A stretch of DNA of 32,000 bases, taken from the NCBI GenBank assembly GCA_040004015.1, contig JAMPKS010000051.1, forward strand, positions 1 through 32,000. Direction: 5' to 3'. Positions 1 through 4,441 of the stretch are shown here, piece after piece. A program made the translations under genes and the position numbers. The notes under the pieces were generated by a model, which was not told the origin of the DNA, ran no database searches, and worked only from the letters and a program-made list of their open reading frames with translations. Within the stretch, counting starts at the first letter, position 1; every line of letters begins with the position of its first letter. The stretch is from Microcoleus vaginatus GB1-A2. Its GTDB lineage: Bacteria > Cyanobacteriota > Cyanobacteriia > Cyanobacteriales > Microcoleaceae.

Positions 1-152
1 CCTGTTAACCAGCCACCGATGGCTAGGTAGGCGCAGGGGAATAGCAGGATGCCAGACCAGCCTACGAAGACGAAGCGATCGCGTTTGAGCCAGTCGTCGA
101 GGACATCAAAGATGCCTCTTTCGGTCTGGGCGCGTCCGACTGCGATTGTCAT
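1..152 (-). CDS. psbD: Photosystem II D2 protein, N-terminal 50 codons (gene runs off the left edge)
   Basis: The reverse complement of 1-152 reads [50 protein letters not shown], the near-invariant D2 N-terminus. A GGAGA Shine-Dalgarno lies at 162-166, 9 nt upstream of the ATG (150-152). It is absent from the ORF track because the window truncates it. Confidence 0.92.
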   Translation of the reverse strand, partial: MTIAVGRAQTERGIFDVLDDWLKRDRFVFVGWSGILLFPCAYLAIGGWLT

Positions 153-346
153 TTACGCAAATCTCCAAATGGATATAATTACAACGGATCTGCCTCTAGT
201 CATTAGTCTCTAACCGTTGCCTCTGCTTAGCAGAAAACAAGTTGGATTATGAACAGAGTTTACTTTTCTTTACCGTATTAACGATTATAGAGGTAATTCT
301 TTACAAGAGCAAGTTTTTATTAAAAAACTTCCGGCTCTTGAGTTGT

Positions 347-391
347 CCGAAGTCCCCGAAGTCCCCGAAGCCCTCGAAGCCCCCGAAGTCC
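347..391. repeat. Five tandem 9-bp units (CCGAAGTCC / CCGAAGCCC / TCGAAGCCC)
   Basis: Read directly: units at 347-355, 356-364, 365-373, 374-382 and 383-391. It lies in the intergenic region upstream of psbD and creates the artefactual PKSPKSPKPSKPPKS ORF 242..517. Confidence 0.9.
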
Positions 392-420
392 TTGCCCTGC
401 ATTTGGGAACTTCAACTCTA

Positions 421-520
421 TAGGAGTCTTTGCGCTTTGCGTCAGAAGCCCGGTGGCTTCGTAGATATATCGGCCTCAACCTCTTATTTTTCTAAGAAAC
501 TGCGTTTCTTTGGGTAAGTC
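421..520. repeat. Degenerate copy of the ~105-bp MITE-like element seen at 3632, 6912 and 30729
   Basis: The left end ggagtctttgcgctttgcgtcagaagcccggtgg resembles the terminal repeat ggacttatgcgcttcgtcagagaaaccgggt. The right end agaaactgcgtttctttgggtaagtcc resembles the inverted terminus agaaaccgggttt...taagtcc. Similarity is weak. Confidence 0.35.
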
Positions 521-569
521 CTATATATATACTGAGGATAGAGCTCCAAACTTAGGTTTTTAAGACTAT

Positions 570-842
570 ATGTTCAGCATTGACATCATTGTGAAGAACA
601 CGCCCGTATCGCTGTCGGTGCAGCGGAAGTTGCAGGAGGACGCTGAGGCTGTTTACCAGCAGGTTTTAGAGGCGATTCGCAACTCGCAACCGCAAATCTT
701 GGAACTCACTTGCGAGAAAAATCCTGAGAAAAAGGTGGCTGTCGTCAGCAGCGAGATTTCTGGGGTGGTGGTTTCTCAGAAATCGGGGGCGTCATCTACA
801 GGCAGATCCCCGGGTTTTGTCTCGATGTCGGCGGCAGAATGA
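570..842 (+). CDS. Small hypothetical protein (90 aa), translationally coupled to the downstream ABC ATPase
   Basis: The ORF has coding-like composition. Its stop overlaps the next start as ATGA (839-842). The layout (N-terminal beta strand, acidic helix, C-terminal G/S tail ending PGF) recalls DUF3107-type small proteins, but this is recollection only and needs an HMM check. Confidence 0.55.
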   Translation: MFSIDIIVKNTPVSLSVQRKLQEDAEAVYQQVLEAIRNSQPQILELTCEKNPEKKVAVVSSEISGVVVSQKSGASSTGRSPGFVSMSAAE

Positions 843-1537
843 GGGCTGGGGGTGTTGGTGCCGATATGAGCCAGTCAGCCGTTGCTGTGCGGGATTTGGG
901 TTTTTGCTGGCCGTCGGGCGATCGAGTGTTGCAAGGTTGCTCTCTGGATGTACCCAAGGGCGAGTTTTGGATGCTTTTGGGCACTAACGGCAGCGGCAAG
1001 TCTACGCTGTTGAGGCTGATGGCTGGGCTGCTGCACCCCCAGTCGGGGGAAATTGACCTCGGCGGGCGGGTGGGGTTTGTGTTTCAAAACCCCGATCACC
1101 AATTGGTTATGCCGACAGTGGGTGCGGATGTGGCTTTTGGTTTGGTGGAGGAAAAGCTTTCTAACGTTCAGGTGCGGGAGAGGGTGGCGGAGGCTTTGGA
1201 GGCTGTGAATTTGCTGGATTTGCAGCGGCGGCCGATTTATGCTTTGAGTGGGGGCCAGAAGCAGCGAATTGCTCTGGCTGGGGCGATCGCCCGTCACTGC
1301 GAAATTCTCCTGTTGGATGAACCGACGGCTTTGTTAGATCCTGATTCTCAGTTGGATTTGGTGGCGGCGGTGCAGCGGTTGGTGAAAAATCGCGGGATTA
1401 CGGCTTTGTGGGTGACTCACCGTTTGGATGAGTTGAATTACTGCGATGGGGCTTTTTTGTTGGAAAAGGGCGAGGTGGTCGATCGGGGAGATCCGGCGCG
1501 TTTGAAGCAGCGGTTGATGCAAAGCCAAGATGTTTAG
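839..1537 (+). CDS. ABC transporter ATP-binding protein, CbiO/EcfA-like
   Basis: Walker A GTNGSGKST, signature LSGGQKQR, Walker B ILLLDEP and H-loop VTHR are all present. An alternative start is ATG 866 (MSQSAV...). Confidence 0.9.
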   Translation: MRAGGVGADMSQSAVAVRDLGFCWPSGDRVLQGCSLDVPKGEFWMLLGTNGSGKSTLLRLMAGLLHPQSGEIDLGGRVGFVFQNPDHQLVMPTVGADVAFGLVEEKLSNVQVRERVAEALEAVNLLDLQRRPIYALSGGQKQRIALAGAIARHCEILLLDEPTALLDPDSQLDLVAAVQRLVKNRGITALWVTHRLDELNYCDGAFLLEKGEVVDRGDPARLKQRLMQSQDV

Positions 1538-1598
1538 CTGTTAAGCAATTTGAGAATTAAGTCATTCTGTGAGGGAAATCGCTCTGCAAGTCAAACGA

Positions 1599-1616
1599 AG
1601 TCTGCCTCCGCAGACT
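1599..1616. terminator. Hairpin AGTCTGC-CTCC-GCAGACT between convergent genes
   Basis: A perfect 7-bp stem with a 4-nt loop lies between the ABC gene (+) and the DUF4058 gene (-). There is no clear U-tract, and it may simply be a dispersed palindromic repeat. Confidence 0.3.
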
Positions 1617-1661
1617 AAGAAATAAATAGGGTATTTAACCAGATTTTGGCTCCAGCCCAAA

Positions 1662-2450
1662 TTAATCTCGCAATCCCCGATCGCGCAACAAAGCATCTGC
1701 CCAAGCTGCATCTGTTTCCGAGAGTGGCGGTACTGATGGCCTATTATAATCTATCTCCATATCGTAACCTGCAATATCATATATTCCATTGAACAGCATT
1801 TGCAAATCAACAACAGGCTCAGGATCTTCTGAACGCAAAGGCAACGGGAAAGAAGGAATTACATTCTGAATATTAAAAGCATATAAATCACCGCGAGGAC
1901 GGCGGTTGCCGCGACACACCAAAATGCGATAGTGACTCTCAATGTTATTGCCAACAATTGGCATGGGTTCCCCATTTCGCAGTAAATCAATTTCTATTAA
2001 ATGAGTGCGGGTACTTAGTACCTGTTGGCGTTTTTCTTCATACATCTGCCGTCCTTTACCAGAACGCTTATTAGTGGGTGAAACAATTTCAATCGCTGTT
2101 ATTACTTCTCTGGTTTCCACCTGTTTAATTTCTAAATAAGCTTCTTTGATAATCTCAGGAACAGGAATTGTCACAGTCACTGGTTGTGTTGGGGGTAATA
2201 AAACAGCCACATTCGGCATTGAAGGATTGCTGGCGTTTGCCAAACGCTGTACCGTTATATCTGGAATACCAACACTCACAGAACTTTCCCCGCTGGTTTC
2301 ATACATTCGCACTTCTACCGCGACTCGATATTTAGGCCGCAGTTGGGGAGATAAAAATCTTGCAATTTCACTAATCAGCAAGTTATGTATCCCAGGCCAA
2401 AAGTCGGGATGCTCTAAATACGGGTCCATTCCAGGAAAGGGAGATGGCAT
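1662..2450 (-). CDS. DUF4058 family protein
   Basis: The N-terminus MPSPFPGMDPYLEHPDFWPGIHNLLI is the hallmark start of the cyanobacterial DUF4058 family. AAGGAG lies 8 nt upstream of ATG 2450, so the track start at 2471 is probably too long. Confidence 0.85.
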   Translation of the reverse strand: MPSPFPGMDPYLEHPDFWPGIHNLLISEIARFLSPQLRPKYRVAVEVRMYETSGESSVSVGIPDITVQRLANASNPSMPNVAVLLPPTQPVTVTIPVPEIIKEAYLEIKQVETREVITAIEIVSPTNKRSGKGRQMYEEKRQQVLSTRTHLIEIDLLRNGEPMPIVGNNIESHYRILVCRGNRRPRGDLYAFNIQNVIPSFPLPLRSEDPEPVVDLQMLFNGIYDIAGYDMEIDYNRPSVPPLSETDAAWADALLRDRGLRD

Positions 2451-2579
2451 TGATGTGACTCCTTGACTCAACTCTATTTATAGTTTAGCAATGTTGTTTT
2501 GGGAAAATTAGGGGCGATCGCACTTCCGGTAAAATAGAATAATTCCTATTTGTGGAAGGGCGATCGCACTTTTTAACGC

Positions 2580-2822
2580 TTAAACTTCGATCGACAATTG
2601 CATCGGAATTGGAACGCTGTTTTCATCTAAGACAGACAGCGCATTTACGAAAACAATTGTATGCGGGACAGCGGGCATTAAGCGGCGCAGTGCATTTAGG
2701 TAAGATTCGGCATCGGGGCGGCGGCTGAAACGGGCGACTGTTAAGCGCTGACAGTTGGGGAGGTGGCGAATTATGCACCAAGGTTGAAGTCGAGCGCGAT
2801 ATGTCGATTGTTTTGGTATCAT
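2580..2822 (-). CDS. Small hypothetical protein (80 aa)
   Basis: It is an ORF with a GAAGGA Shine-Dalgarno-like element about 7 nt upstream of its ATG. The sequence pattern (LQPWCIIRHLPN..R..VARFSRRPDAE.YL..LRRL.P) looks like a conserved cyanobacterial small protein, from recollection. No function is assignable. Confidence 0.55.
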   Translation of the reverse strand: MIPKQSTYRARLQPWCIIRHLPNCQRLTVARFSRRPDAESYLNALRRLMPAVPHTIVFVNALSVLDENSVPIPMQLSIEV

Positions 2823-2922
2823 AGGAAAATCCTTCCCACTTTTGTGGGTGGTGAATGAAAGGCGATCGCTCTAGATTTCTCAGGTCAGGGGGCGATCGCT
2901 AATTTGATAATATTAATCTTAT

Positions 2923-2936
2923 GATACGTTCGTATC
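2923..2936. promoter_or_regulatory. Palindrome GATACG-TT-CGTATC, candidate operator
   Basis: Perfect 6-bp inverted arms lie 17 bp upstream of the first HTH gene start, inside an AT-rich stretch (aatttgataatattaatctt). Confidence 0.3.
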
Positions 2937-2952
2937 GGCTGTCAAGTGCAAG

Positions 2953-3165
2953 ATGGGTATAATTCGGTTGCGGGTTCGAGAACTAGCTGAGGAAAAGGGT
3001 TGGACGCTTAAAGAAGTTTCTGAGCGATCGGGCATTCCTTACAGTACCGTGAGAAGTTATGCCCATTCTCCCAAGCTGGCAACGGTAGATTACACAGCTT
3101 TAAACAAAATGGCTCGCGTGTTTGATATTGCGATCGAAGATTTAGTTGAGATTTTGGAAGAGTAG
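2953..3165 (+). CDS. Cro/C1-type (HTH_26-like) helix-turn-helix protein, copy 1 of 3
   Basis: 70 aa, MGIIRLRVRELAEEKGWTLKEVSERSGIPYSTVRSYAHSP... It has the typical XRE-family helix 2 / turn / helix 3 pattern. Confidence 0.85.
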   Translation: MGIIRLRVRELAEEKGWTLKEVSERSGIPYSTVRSYAHSPKLATVDYTALNKMARVFDIAIEDLVEILEE

Positions 3166-3185
3166 GCTGATTTTTTGCTGGGAAT

Positions 3186-3398
3186 ATGGGACGAATTAGG
3201 CTGCGAGTTAGAGAATTTGCTCAAGAGAAGGCTTGGAATCTGACAGAAGTATCCAACAGAACAGGTATTCCATATACCACGATCGTTACCTATGCCAATT
3301 CTCCAGGCATGGCTACCGTTGACTACACAGCTTTGGACAAGATTGCCCGTGCGTTCGATATTGCGATCGAAGATTTAGTTGAGATTTTGGAACAATAA
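3186..3398 (+). CDS. Cro/C1-type helix-turn-helix protein, copy 2 of 3
   Basis: 70-aa paralog, about 73 percent identical to copy 1 by manual alignment, and exactly 233 bp downstream of copy 1. Confidence 0.85.
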   Translation: MGRIRLRVREFAQEKAWNLTEVSNRTGIPYTTIVTYANSPGMATVDYTALDKIARAFDIAIEDLVEILEQ

Positions 3399-3418
3399 AC
3401 TGATTTGTCAGCGAGAAG

Positions 3419-3631
3419 ATGGGGCTAATACGGTTGCGAGTTCGAGAACTAGCTGAGGAAAAGGGTTGGACGCTGAAAGAAGTCTCTGACAGAACGGGAA
3501 TTCCCTACAGCACGGTTAAAAAATACGCCCAAGCTCCCAAAATGGCAACGGTGGACTATACGGCTTTGCAGAAACTTGCTGCTGTCTTCGATTTGATGAT
3601 CGAAGATTTGGTTGAGGTTTTGGAAAATTAA
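3419..3631 (+). CDS. Cro/C1-type helix-turn-helix protein, copy 3 of 3
   Basis: 70-aa paralog, about 79 percent identical to copy 1 by manual alignment, and exactly 233 bp downstream of copy 2. Confidence 0.85.
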   Translation: MGLIRLRVRELAEEKGWTLKEVSDRTGIPYSTVKKYAQAPKMATVDYTALQKLAAVFDLMIEDLVEVLEN

Positions 3632-3745
3632 GCTTAGGACTTACGCACGGGTGGTCAGAAACCGGGTTTTTTTGCATCAGACTTCGTTACAGCCCGCCGA
3701 TTCGGTAAAAAAACCGGTTTCGAGGAGTCGGAGTGCGTCGAAAAC
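3632..3745. mobile_element. MITE-like element, copy A
   Basis: Its termini ggacttacgcacgggtggtcagaaaccgggttttttt and aaaaaaaccggtttcgaggagtcggagtgcgtc are inverted. The core acttcgttacagcccgc is shared with copy B. It has no coding capacity. Confidence 0.6.
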
Positions 3746-3845
3746 AAACTGATTTGTCGCTCTTTGCAGTAAAAAAATATGAATATTGGAATTTTCCGGC
3801 TGTAAACTAAAGTCAGGAGTTTTTCAGTCTGCCGGAGTTATATCA

Positions 3846-4337
3846 ATGCCGATCGATCACCTGTCTGACGTGGAAGGGAACTTGGAAGATCTGAAAGAGC
3901 AATTAGTGGGCAAGGTAAAGGCTCTAAATTTAGCACCGCAAGAAGAAAAGATCCGAATTAAACAGCAAATCCGAGAGCTACGCAAGGAGATTCGGGAGCA
4001 GGAAGAGGAGTATTGGCAGGTTCTCGCTCAGCAAACGAAAACGGTGGAAATTCCCGAACATGAGGCTGAGATTATTGTTGCCGAGATTGTCGAAGAAGTT
4101 GGGCAAATTGAAGTGCAGGGACAGTATTCAGATGAAGTGCTTCAGATTTTGCAGGAGATTCGGGACAAGCTAAACCAACCGGGAGCAACAGCGGCCGCGA
4201 AACTTAAAGGCGTAATCTCAAGCATTCCGCCGTTTGTGGGAATTTCCTACGAGGCTGAATTGGATACAGAGAATTTTTTCCAGCGGCATTTCCCAACGTT
4301 TCGGAAGTGGGCTAAGGTATTAGCAAAAAAGTCCTAG
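3846..4337 (+). CDS. Coiled-coil protein (163 aa), probably the N-terminal module of the downstream STAND NTPase
   Basis: GGAG lies 8 nt upstream of ATG 3846, so the track start 3786 is unlikely. There is a charged heptad-like stretch EEKIRIKQQIRELRKEIREQEEEYW. The ORF ends GCA AAA AAG TCC TAG. Confidence 0.65.
   Translation: MPIDHLSDVEGNLEDLKEQLVGKVKALNLAPQEEKIRIKQQIRELRKEIREQEEEYWQVLAQQTKTVEIPEHEAEIIVAEIVEEVGQIEVQGQYSDEVLQILQEIRDKLNQPGATAAAKLKGVISSIPPFVGISYEAELDTENFFQRHFPTFRKWAKVLAKKS
4325..4331 (+). other. A_AAA_AAG heptamer in X_XXY_YYZ phase (candidate -1 frameshift or homopolymer indel site)
   Basis: Zero-frame codons are GCA(4323) AAA(4326) AAG(4329) TCC TAG. The -1 frame from 4331 (GTC CTA GAC...) is the frame of the NB-ARC ORF. 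Confidence 0.45.
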
Positions 4338-4441
4338 ACCGGGAGCGAAAAACACTTAATCCAGGTTTCACAAGTTTTTACCAACTATACGATATTCCCT
4401 CGGAACTCGGTTCAAAAAACTTTGTCGGACGGGATGAGGAA

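Noticed and set aside
242-517. Track ORF (91 aa) with PKSPKSPKPSKPPKS
   Set aside because: The peptide is a by-product of the 9-bp tandem repeat and of a degenerate MITE-like copy. It has a TTG start, no RBS and no protein-like features.
2953-3631. The regular 233-bp periodicity, and the other tandem arrays, as a CRISPR array
   Set aside because: The units are full protein-coding paralogs or simple 7-, 9-, 18- and 126-bp repeats with no unique spacers. No cas genes are present.
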